From NCBI GenBank assembly GCA_963727185.1, contig CAVSFP010000008.1, positions 207,953 to 271,952 on the forward strand: DNA of 64,000 nucleotides. The letters are read 5' to 3'. A program made the position numbers and the translations under genes. Positions 35,104 to 44,082 of this stretch are shown in pieces. The DNA comes from an uncultured Actinomycetes bacterium (lineage in GTDB: Bacteria > Actinomycetota > UBA4738 > HRBIN12). Each line of letters opens with the position of its first letter. The stretch's first letter is position 1. The notes under the pieces were generated by a model. That model was not told where the DNA came from, made no database searches, and saw nothing but the letters and a program-made list of their open reading frames with translations.

Positions 35104-35747
35104 CGCGCGACCTCCGCGGCGGCGTCCAGGACGCGCGCCAGCTCGGAGCGGAGCTCCTCGTCGTCGCCGCCGGCGAAGGCCGCGGCGGCGTGGCCCGACG
35201 CGAGATTGATCGCGAGGCGCCCGATGAGAGAGCGGAAGGCGTCGGCCTCGGCCTCTGTCTGGATGTCGGCGGCGAGCCGCCCATGACCGGCCGACGCGGG
35301 CCGCACCAGGCCGACCCCGACGATCGTCGGGAGGTCGTAGCGGCGTCGAAAGTGCATCTCGCCGCCGCGCATCACATAGATCGGGACCATCAGCGGCTGA
35401 AAGCGGTCGATCACCTTCTTAAGCTCGGCGCAGTAGGAGCCGAAGCGCACCGGCGTGGCGAGGACCAGCACGTCGCTCGCCACGATCTTCCTGAAGATGC
35501 CCTGCATGTCGTCGTTGACGGCGCAGCGGCCGGGAGTCTTGAGGCCGCAGCTGGAGCAGCCCGTGCAGGGCGCGACGCGGACGCTCAGGCAGTCGACTGT
35601 CTCCGCGTCATAGTCACGCTTCGCGAGCGCCGTCTCGAGCGCGCCCAGCGTCGCCGCGCCGTGGTCCGGGTCGGCGCCGAGGGCAGAGAGGACCAAGGCC
35701 TGCAGTGCTTCTCCCAAGACTCCTCCTTCCTGGATGCGCGCGCGCAT
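35100..35747 (-). CDS. Iron-sulfur flavoprotein-like (flavodoxin fold with a compact Cys cluster)
   Basis: 215-aa ORF with a Cys motif CTGCSSCGLKTPGRC (CxxCxxCx7C) followed by DVLVLATPVRFGSY. Its stop overlaps the downstream start (ATGA at 35100..35103). Confidence 0.65.
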   Translation of the reverse strand: MRARIQEGGVLGEALQALVLSALGADPDHGAATLGALETALAKRDYDAETVDCLSVRVAPCTGCSSCGLKTPGRCAVNDDMQGIFRKIVASDVLVLATPVRFGSYCAELKKVIDRFQPLMVPIYVMRGGEMHFRRRYDLPTIVGVGLVRPASAGHGRLAADIQTEAEADAFRSLIGRLAINLASGHAAAAFAGGDDEELRSELARVLDAAAEVAR

Positions 35748-35955
35748 CGGGGCAGAAGTACCGGCTAGGCCACATCCTACGCCGCCCTCTCAGCCGGCAC
35801 CTTCCGCGAGGACGGCCAGTCAGTGTTCTGGGACGTACATCATCCGCAGAAGGCCATCGAGATCCAGCCGCAGGACGAGCGCGGCGAGGCCGATGATCGA
35901 GGTCGACGATCCCGACGCCACGATGGCGGTCATCAGCGCGGCCGCTGGGCGCGGA

Positions 35956-36516
35956 CTAGCTTCCGCCGAGTCCGTCCGGCGGGCGGGGCGCCGCCGGAGC
36001 GGCCGGGATGTCGTCGGGCCCCGGCGGGCCGCCGGCCGCCGCTTCGGGCTGAGGATCCGGCGCCCAGTCACGCGCCTCGCCGCCCGCCGCAGCGTCGCGC
36101 GGCGCGGCATCCTCGCGCCGCACCAGAAGCCAGCCCTTGCCGTCACAGTAGCCGCACGGGGAGGGCCAGCCCTTCACGATATGCAGGCCGGCGCCGCTCA
36201 TCCGGTGCCCCGTGCCGCGGCACTCCTCGCAACGCACGCGCTCGTACTGCTCGGGGTTCAGCTCATCGTGCTCGGGATCCGGCTGGGGAGCCACGGCTGC
36301 GGCTTGCGTCGCCGCGGCCTCGGCCGCGCGCCGCCGTCTCCTGGCGCGCAGCCAGGCCGGCACGATGAGCCCCGCGGCACCCACCGCGGCGAGGATCCAT
36401 CCCACGGCCACCTGCGGCCCGCCCACATGGAGGAACAGGTCCGAGACAGACGTGATAGCCAGGCCGACGATGACCATGACGGCGAAGATGAGGTTGGCTG
36501 CGGCGGAGCGTGACAC
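35956..36516 (-). CDS. Membrane-anchored protein with a DnaJ-type CxxCxGxG zinc-finger pair
   Basis: 186-aa ORF with two N-terminal TM helices, then CEECRGTG and CGYCDGKG, then a Pro/Ala-rich tail. Confidence 0.55.
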   Translation of the reverse strand: MSRSAAANLIFAVMVIVGLAITSVSDLFLHVGGPQVAVGWILAAVGAAGLIVPAWLRARRRRRAAEAAATQAAAVAPQPDPEHDELNPEQYERVRCEECRGTGHRMSGAGLHIVKGWPSPCGYCDGKGWLLVRREDAAPRDAAAGGEARDWAPDPQPEAAAGGPPGPDDIPAAPAAPRPPDGLGGS

Positions 36517-36561
36517 CCGTACCTCCAGGCGGCGTTCGCTTCGAGTGTAGCAAGCCGCGGT

Positions 36562-36951
36562 TCACTCGGGCGGCCACGGACCCAGCGGCCTGGCGATCTC
36601 CCAGCGGTGGCCGAACGGATCGACCACGCTCCCCACGCGCCAGCCGTGCGCTTCCTCGACCGGTCGCTCGGCCATGGCGCCCGCGGCCACGGCCCGCTCC
36701 CACACCGCCTCCGGGTCCTCCACCGTCAGGATCATGCTCACCGAGCGCCCGCCGAGCTTGGCCGGCGTAAGACGGCCGAGCTCGGCGCTCTCGGTGGCGA
36801 TCCAGAACTCGGCGTGGCCGATCGCCAGCTGCGCCACGCCGGCGTCCTCGCCGACGCGGTAGAGCTCGACCGCGCCGAACGCGGCGGCATAGAAGTCGAC
36901 GGCGGCGAGGCCATCGCCGACGATCAGATTGGGTGCGAGCGAGGCGTTCAT
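36562..36951 (-). CDS. VOC/glyoxalase-family protein (PhnB-like)
   Basis: The last 129 aa of ORF 36562..38523, from ATG 36951 (MNASLAPNLIV...DPFGHRWEI). The upstream part of that ORF is antisense to the amidase gene. Confidence 0.85.
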   Translation of the reverse strand: MNASLAPNLIVGDGLAAVDFYAAAFGAVELYRVGEDAGVAQLAIGHAEFWIATESAELGRLTPAKLGGRSVSMILTVEDPEAVWERAVAAGAMAERPVEEAHGWRVGSVVDPFGHRWEIARPLGPWPPE

Positions 36952-37056
36952 CGGTCTCCCTTTGTCACGCAGGGTTCCCCGCGCGGGCGGACCGCACTCG
37001 CTCGGCTCCGGCCGCCCCCGCTGTAGACTCGGCCTCATGACTGCGCGAGGGACCCG

Positions 37057-38454
37057 TTGAACGGACTCTGCCGCTGTTCCGCCGCCGAGCTGGCGGCGCT
37101 CATCGCGTCCCGAGAGGCGTCCAGCCGCGAGGTGGTCGAGGCGCACCTTGCGCGCATCGACGAAGTGAACGGGTCGGTCAACGCCGTCACGGTGGTGCTG
37201 GGCGAGGCCGCGCTGGAGGCTGCGGACGCGGCCGATCGCGCGGCACATGTCGGCGCCTTCAAGGGACCGCTTCACGGCGTCCCGTTCACGGTCAAGGAGA
37301 ACATCGACTGCGTGGGTTCGGCCACCACGCACGGCGTGCCGGCGCTGGAGAGGTCCATGCCCTGGAGGGACGCGCCCGTGGTGGCGCGCATGAAGGCCGC
37401 TGGGGCGATCGTTCTCGGGCGGACCAACCTGCCGGAGTTCGCACTGCGGCTGTGCACCGACAATCCGCTGCGCGGGGCGACTCTCAACCCGTGGGACCCG
37501 CGCCTGACGGCCGGTGGTTCCAGCGGCGGCGACGCCGCCGCCCTGGCCACCGGCATGACGCCGTTCGGCCTCGGCAACGACCTCGGCGGATCGCTGCGGA
37601 GTCCTGCCTATTGCTGCGGCGTCGCGGCGCTCAAGCCCACGGCGGGTCGCGTCCCGCATGCGGGATCCATCCCGCCGCTGGACTTCGGCTGGGCGTTGCA
37701 GGCCATGGCGGTGGACGGGCCGATGGCCAGATCGGTGACCGATCTGCGGCTCGGCCTCTCGCTGCTCGCCGGACGCGACCTGCGCGATCCACGATCTGTG
37801 GATGCGCCGCTCCAGGGTCCCTCTCCGGCGGCGCGCCGTGCCGCGCTCGTGACGACGGCGCCGGGCGTCGTCCTGCCGGCGGAGACGGTGGCCGCGATCG
37901 AGCGCGCCGGCCAGGTCCTGGCCGGCGCCGGCTGGGAGGTGGAGCCGGCCGAGCCGCCGGAGCTTGACCTTGTCACCGACACATGGCTCGCGCTGCTGGC
38001 TGTCGACTTGGCGGCCCTCCTGCCCGGCATCCGCCGGGTGATCACGCCGGCGTTGTACGACTACCTGTCCGAGGTCTGCGGCATGAGCGCGAGCGGCCGC
38101 CTGCCCAACAGCGAGCTCCACGCCACGCGCTCGCGGCTCACCCGGCTCTGGTCGGAGTTCTTCGTGCGCTATCCGGTGGTGGTCGGGCCCACCTGGACCC
38201 GGCTGCCGTGGCCGGCAGACGCCGATCTGGAGCCGGCGACCGGTCCGCGGCTCGTGCTGGATACGGTGAGGTTCATCACTCCCGGCAACGTGTTGGGCTT
38301 GCCGTCGGTGGCGCTGCCCACCGGGATCGCCGGAGGTCTGCCGACCGGCGTGCAGGTCTACGCCGATCTGTGGCGCGAAGACCTGTGCCTCGAGGCCGCC
38401 GAGACCATACAGCGCGGCGTCGACCTGCCGACGCCGATCGACCCGTTGAAGTGA
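37057..38454 (+). CDS. Amidase-signature family amidase
   Basis: Intact 465-aa ORF with the AS motif GGSSGGDAAALA and the upstream block PFTVKENID. Confidence 0.9.
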   Translation: MNGLCRCSAAELAALIASREASSREVVEAHLARIDEVNGSVNAVTVVLGEAALEAADAADRAAHVGAFKGPLHGVPFTVKENIDCVGSATTHGVPALERSMPWRDAPVVARMKAAGAIVLGRTNLPEFALRLCTDNPLRGATLNPWDPRLTAGGSSGGDAAALATGMTPFGLGNDLGGSLRSPAYCCGVAALKPTAGRVPHAGSIPPLDFGWALQAMAVDGPMARSVTDLRLGLSLLAGRDLRDPRSVDAPLQGPSPAARRAALVTTAPGVVLPAETVAAIERAGQVLAGAGWEVEPAEPPELDLVTDTWLALLAVDLAALLPGIRRVITPALYDYLSEVCGMSASGRLPNSELHATRSRLTRLWSEFFVRYPVVVGPTWTRLPWPADADLEPATGPRLVLDTVRFITPGNVLGLPSVALPTGIAGGLPTGVQVYADLWREDLCLEAAETIQRGVDLPTPIDPLK

Positions 38455-38546
38455 CGACGGCGGGCCGGCCGCGGCCCTTCCCGGCTGCCGGCTCGTTTCG
38501 CCAGGGGTAGACTGATTGTTCATGGGTCACTTCTCAGGAGGCGCGC

Positions 38547-39014
38547 GTGACCAAGCAAGTTCTCTTCCTCTCTACCGCCAACCAGGCCCGCAGCCAGATG
38601 GCGGAGGCTCTCTTGCGGGTGCTGGCCGGCGACGCCTTCGAGGCGCACAGCGCCGGCTCCGTGCCCAGTGAGCTCGACCCTCTCGCGGTCGAGGTGATGG
38701 CCGGGCTCGGCATAGACATCAGCGAGCAGCGGCCGAAGGCGCTTCAGGAGTACATGGGTACGGCGCAGTTCGACTACCTGATCACCGTGTGCGACAGCGC
38801 CGAGAAGGACTGCCCCATGTTCCCCGGCAAGGGGACTCGCGAGTACTGGCCGTTGGCCGATCCCGCGAGAGCGCAAGGCAGCCCGGAGGAGCGTCTGGCC
38901 GCCTACCGTGAGGCGCGCGACTACATCGAGGCGCGCGTCCGCCGCTGGCTCGTCGAGCGACGCTACAAGCGGGTGGTGGATCTGAGCCTCGAAGGAGCCG
39001 GCGCCGGGCAGTAA
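38547..39014 (+). CDS. LMW-PTP/ArsC-family protein with a Cys-less P-loop
   Basis: 155-aa ORF with SD AGGAGG and a GTG start. The fold is ArsC-like (ARSQMAEALL, DYLITVCDSAEKDCP), but the P-loop reads LSTANQARS instead of CTGNSCRS. Confidence 0.75.
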   Translation: MTKQVLFLSTANQARSQMAEALLRVLAGDAFEAHSAGSVPSELDPLAVEVMAGLGIDISEQRPKALQEYMGTAQFDYLITVCDSAEKDCPMFPGKGTREYWPLADPARAQGSPEERLAAYREARDYIEARVRRWLVERRYKRVVDLSLEGAGAGQ

Positions 39015-39019
39015 GGCCG

Positions 39020-39041
39020 GCGGCGCGGACCAACGCGCCGC
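39020..39041 (+). terminator. Hairpin after the ArsC-like gene (no U-tract)
   Basis: GCGGCGCG-gaccaa-CGCGCCGC, an 8-bp GC stem starting 6 nt after the stop codon. Confidence 0.3.
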
Positions 39042-39213
39042 GTACCCATGCGGGTTGCGCTTCTCCCGTCTCGGGAAGCATTCAAGCACGGGTTCATGCC
39101 CGTCCCGACTCCGTCGGCTGTCCACATGACGGTTGTCCCGGTCCATTCAGTCAGACAGGCGTCACGGCAGTCGGGCTCCTCGTATCCCCAGCGTCGGCGC
39201 TGCCGTGCGTCGA

Positions 39214-39630
39214 ATGGAGAAGGACACCATGGATCTCACTGAACCGTTGACAAGGACTGAGCCGTCGGCGAAGACTGCCGAGCCTGCAATGAAGACGGCC
39301 GGTCTCTCAGCCAAGACGGCGCAGCCCTCAGCGAAGATACAGGTCGTGGGCGAGACGCGTGGCGCTCGTTTCGCGCGCAAGGCCCACCGGACCCGCCTGT
39401 ACGTGTACGTCGGCGTCGCCGTCGCCCTGTTCGTCTTCCTGACTGCACTGGTCATCGCCAACACCGGCCACGTCAAGGCGAGTTGGGTCGTCGGATCGGC
39501 CTCAGTCTCGCTGGTCTGGCTGGTGCTCTTCTCGGCCATCCTCGGCCTGCTGCTGGGCATGGTGCTCGGCGCGTTGTTCCACTGGCGCACGCGCACGCCG
39601 CGCGGCCTGAGAGGGAGCCCTCCGTCCTGA
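39214..39630 (+). CDS. LapA/DUF1049-like small membrane protein
   Basis: C-terminal part of ORF 39133..39630. A repetitive SAKTA-rich N-terminus is followed by two TM helices (LYVYVGVAVALFVFLTALVIA and LVWLVLFSAILGLLLGMVLGALF). The start is uncertain. Confidence 0.45.
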   Translation: MEKDTMDLTEPLTRTEPSAKTAEPAMKTAGLSAKTAQPSAKIQVVGETRGARFARKAHRTRLYVYVGVAVALFVFLTALVIANTGHVKASWVVGSASVSLVWLVLFSAILGLLLGMVLGALFHWRTRTPRGLRGSPPS

Positions 39631-39780
39631 GGAGGAGAGGCGCCGGGCACGGGCTGGTCGGATCGCAGTCGCGACTCCGAGGCTTCGGGATCCAGCCAGG
39701 ACCGGGGCCCGTCTCGGCAGGAGCCACCTGGTCCGCGGAGCGCCCAGCGACTGGCACAGACCGGCTCAATGAGGTGATAC

Positions 39781-39942
39781 ATGCAGAAGTGGCAGTGCAA
39801 GGCATGCCCGTATGTGTACGATCCGGAGCTCGGCGACCCAGACAACGGGATCCCGCCCGGAACGCCTTTTGAGGACCTGCCTGACGATTGGCTCTGCCCG
39901 GAATGCGTCCTCGGGAAAGAGGTCTTCGAGCCCCTCGAGTAG
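39781..39942 (+). CDS. Rubredoxin
   Basis: Not in the ORF track because it is 53 aa. My translation is [53 protein letters not shown]. It has both CxxC knuckles and the conserved GxPPGTxFxxLPxxWxCP core. SD GAGGTG lies 4 nt upstream. Confidence 0.85.
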   Translation: MQKWQCKACPYVYDPELGDPDNGIPPGTPFEDLPDDWLCPECVLGKEVFEPLE

Positions 39943-39972
39943 ATCGCGGCGCGCGGGTTCGCGACGGGAGGC

Positions 39973-42223
39973 TCAGGCCCGCTGCCTGCGCAGGTCGCCT
40001 GCCTCAGCCGCAGCACTTGTCTCGTGAGTCTCCACGTGCGTGCGCCCGAGGAGGGCGACGAGCGCCGGGACGAGTAGCGAGCGCACCACGAACGAGTCGA
40101 TGAGGACGCCGACGGCGAGCAGGAAGGCCAACTCGCGGAAGGCGCCCAGGCTGACGATCGCGAGCATCGAGAAGCTCAGCGCCAGCGTGATGGCGGCGAC
40201 AGAGATCGCCCGCCGCGCGCTCGGCGCCGCCGTCTCTATGGCGCTGCGCAGGGGGCGGACGCGGCGCTCCTGCCAGATCCGCCCCACCAGGAAGATGCTG
40301 TAGTCGCTGCCCAGCGAGACGAGCAGCACCGAGGCGGCGAACGGTACGTAGTAGGTGAGGTCCTCGTTGCCGAGCACCACCTGGAAAAGGTAGGTGGTGA
40401 TCCCCAGGGCGGCCGCCAGCGCCAGCACGCTGGCCGCCAAAAGGTAGAGGGGGGCGAGCAGCGAGCGCAGCATGATGGCCATCAGGACGAGATCGACGAG
40501 GGCGACCACGATGGCGATGCGGCCGAGGTCGCCGACGGTCTTCTGCACGGTGAAGGCGGCCAGCGCGGTGTCGCCGCCGTACCGCGCCGAGGCGCCGCCG
40601 AGGCCGTTGCGCGCGAGCAGCCTTGGCATTGCGCGAGTCAGCGAGTCGTAACTGGCGATGCCGGTGCTGCCCAGCGGGTCGGTGCGAAACACGACCAGGT
40701 AGCGGACGGCGTCGCCGCCGGGCGCAACGGCGAAGTGGGCGCTGGGGACGGCCTGTTGCTCGAGCGGGCCGAGGACGCCGGCCACGTCCGGCTGCGTCCG
40801 CAGAGCCCGCTCCAGTCGCGCCGCGCCCGGCGCCGCGCCGATGCCTGCTCGCTGCACGAGCACCTCGGTCGGCGAGAGTATCCCGGGCCAGAACCCGGCC
40901 GAGGCGGCGTCCGCGGCGCGCCGCACCTCGGACTGACCAGGCAAGCTGCTGAGGAAGTCGAGGCCGAGGTGCGTCTTGCGCAGGCCACTGGCTCCAGCGA
41001 GCAGGAGGGCAACGCAGACTACGATGACGATCAGCGCGACCGCCCGGTGGGTGCTGAGGTGAGAAAGGCCGTACCGGATCGTCCGCCTCGGCGAGGCCTC
41101 TGCCGGTGGCTCGGCCGCGGGTACCCCCCGCGGCCAGAACAGCGCTCGCCCGAAGAAAGCGAGCAGGGCCGGCAGCAGGGTCACGGCTACGAGCAGCCCG
41201 AGCAGCACCGTGATCGCCATGCCGGGGCCAAAGTCGCGGAAGAAGCGCTGGGAGGCCACCGTGAGCGCGGCCGTGCCGGCCGCCACCATGAGACCCGCGG
41301 CGATGATCAGCGGTGTGTACTGCGCGGTCGTGCGCCGCGCCGCCGGTCCGCGGCGCCCGCCGCCGGCGAGCTCCCGGCGCATCCCCGAGAGGTAGAAGAT
41401 CGCGTAGTCGGTGACGATGCCGAACAAGAGCACGACGATGATGGGCTCGAGCTCGGGGGGCGGCGCCAGGCCGGTGCGCGTGCCGAGCCAGGCGACGACC
41501 CGCAGAGAGACCTCGTAGGCAAGGCCGGCGGTGACGAGCGTGATCAGCGGCGCGAGGATCGACCCAAAGGCCATGACCGATGATGAGGGCGACGAGGACG
41601 ACGGTGGCGATCTCGACCCAGGGGAGGGCGGCGGCGATGCGATCGACCTGCTCGAGCCTGGCGGGTATCGACCCCGTTACGCCGACCACCGACGCGCCGG
41701 GGTCGGTCAGGTACTTGGCCGCGTACTGATGGGCGATCTGCTGCTGCGTGAGCCAGGGCGTGGCGGGGTCGAAGAACAGATAGGTGATGGCCGTGGTGCC
41801 GTGCTCGCCGCTGCCCTGGAAGGCCGGCGGGACATTGACGATGGGCAGCGCCCCCAGCAGGCCCGGCGGCACGGCCACGAGCTTGCGGTCGATGTTCGCC
41901 GCGGCCCCCAGGGTCTCGGACAGGACGCTCTGCGAGAGACCAGCCGGGTTGCGCTGCACCACGGCGACCCGGCTCAGCCCGGGCAGGGCGAACAGCTTGG
42001 CCGAGGCGATCTCGGTCTTGATCGCCGGCGCGCTCGCTGACGTGAGGTCGCTGCCCTGCCCTGGAGAGAACGACGGCAGGTAGAGGATGGCGATGACCAG
42101 CGCGGCCGCCCAGAGGATGATGATGAGAAAGCTCGCCGGTCCGGCCGTCAGCCACGCCACGGCCTTCGCGGCACCGCTACTATGAGGCGCCTGACCCCCA
42201 GCTCCGGTGGGATCCTGATGCAT
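39973..42223 (-). pseudogene. MMPL-family (RND superfamily) membrane transporter, one frameshift
   Basis: ORF 39973..41574 carries the second half and TM bundles (IVTDYAIFYLSGMRREL, LGSDYSIFLVGRIWQE). The N-terminal 215 aa lie in the frame of ORF 40004..42499, from MHQDPTG at 42223. The join is near 41575. Confidence 0.82.
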
Positions 42224-42244
42224 ACCGGGTAATACCCTGCCCGT

Positions 42245-43719
42245 GTGGACACACGAACCATGACTGGTCATGCCTGGCAGGACGCGGTGTCGCGCGTGGA
42301 CCGTGCTCTCGGGGACACGCTGGAGGCGCAGGTCGCGGCGCACCACGGCCGCCGGTTGCGCAACCTCGGCTGGGAGCACGCCCTTTCGCCCGGGCCGGGC
42401 CTGTGGGCCGCACGCACGACCCGCCGCCGCGGCAGGGCAATCGCTTGAGCTGCTGATCGACGGCGAGACCGCGCTGCCACGCATGGCCGACGTGCTCATG
42501 GCAGCCGGCTCTCACGTGAGCATCGCCGGCTGGGCCGTCACCCCCGAGTTCGCCCTCACGCGCTCGGGCCTCGCCGCTCGTGCTGCGCGACGTGCTCGCC
42601 GAGCTCGCGGAGCGCATGCCGGTGCGCGTGCTGCTCTGGGCGGGGGCGCCGCTGCCCGTCTTCCGGCCGTGGCGGCGCCAGGTGAAGGCCGTGCGCCACA
42701 GGCTCACGGCCGGCACGCGGATCCAGGTTGCGCTGGACCATCACGAGCGCCCGATGCACACGCATCACGAGAAGCTGATCCTGGTGGACGGCGAGGTCGC
42801 CTTCGTCGGCGGCATCGACCTCACGGACGACCCGGTGGACCGCTATGACGGCACTGACCACACGTACCGCCGGGTCGACGGCTGGCACGACGTCGCCTGC
42901 GAGCTGCGCGGCCCCGTGGTGGGCGATGTGGCCGCGCACTTCGCGCTGCGCTGGCGTGAGGTGACGGGAGAGACTCTGGCCGTGAGCTGGCCCGACGCCG
43001 CCGGCGACGTTGAGGCGCAGATCGTCTCCACCATCCCCGAGCACCACTACCGGGGCGCCTGGAACGGGCGCTTTCGCATCCTCGAGTCCTACCTGCGCTC
43101 GATCCGCGCGGCGCGACGCTTCATCTACCTCGAGAACCAGTTCCTGTGGTCGCCCGAGATCGTCGCGGCGCTGCGCGACAAGCTGGTGCATCCGCCCTCT
43201 CCGGACTTTCGCCTGGTCATGGTGCTGCCCGCCAGGGCCAGCAGCGGCGAGGACGACACGCGCGGGCAGCTGGGCGTGCTCGCCCAGGCCGACCCTCACG
43301 GCGAGCACTTCCTCGCCTGCACCCTCTACGCGCGCAGCGCCGGCCTCACGTCCGCGCCGGTGTACGTGCACGCCAAGGTCGGCATCGTCGACGACGAGTG
43401 GCTCACGCTGGGCTCGGCCAACCTCAACGACCACTCACTGTTCAACGACACAGAAGTGAACGTGGTCACTCACGACGCGGCGCTGGCGCGGGCGGCGCGC
43501 ATCCGCTTGTGGTCCGAGCACCTTGAGGCTTCGCCGGACGAGCTGGAGGGCGACCCGGTCCAGATCATCGACTCGCGCTGGAAGCCGATCGCCTACGAGC
43601 AGTACGCGCGGCGCCAGGCCGGCGAGGCCATGACACATCGCCTCGCCGGCCTCCCCCACGTCTCCAAGCGGCTGCGGCGCCTGCTCGGCCCCCTGGACGG
43701 CGTGGTGTTCGACGGCTGA
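42245..43719 (+). pseudogene. Phospholipase D / cardiolipin-synthase-like protein with two HKD motifs, two frameshifts
   Basis: Stitched from ORFs 42245..42448, 42270..42848 and 42580..43719. HKD-1 is HHEKLILVDGEVAFVGGIDL. HKD-2 is HAKVGIVDDEWLTLGSANLNDHS. Frame switches near 42430 and 42565. Confidence 0.8.
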
Positions 43720-44082
43720 TCGGGACACGCCCCCCAGGAGCCGTGCCCGCTCCGCAGCCAGCCAGACGAGACGCCTCCGCAGGTCGGCTTGGGCCTTTGC
43801 GGTGGACGCTCCGCCTATGTGAACCGCATCACGTACTCCTCTGGTGCGAAGTCATACGGGGCTTGCCGTTGCCGAAATCGACAATTAGGGTGCCCGCGGG
43901 TGTGTGAGCCGCAGCATCTCGATAAGGCCCGAAGTCTCACCTGCTACCTGCTGGCTCTGTCATCCGGTCACCGAACAACGGGGGTGCTCCCGCGCCCCGC
44001 GCCGAGGTTCACCGGGCGATGGTGCCGGCTTTGCCGTGCCCGGGATCCCCCTCGGACCCACATCGGAAAGGGGAGATGTCAG

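Noticed and set aside
36562-38523. Single 653-aa minus-strand ORF
   Set aside because: Only the C-terminal 129 aa form a VOC protein with its own ATG at 36951. The rest is antisense to the intact amidase gene.
42245-43719. PLD-family gene as a possible nuclease-type defence component
   Set aside because: It has two HKD motifs in one chain with phospholipase/cardiolipin-synthase-like context (WHDVACELRGPVV, FIYLENQFL). It is paired with a lipid transporter and has no helicase, ATPase or methylase neighbours.
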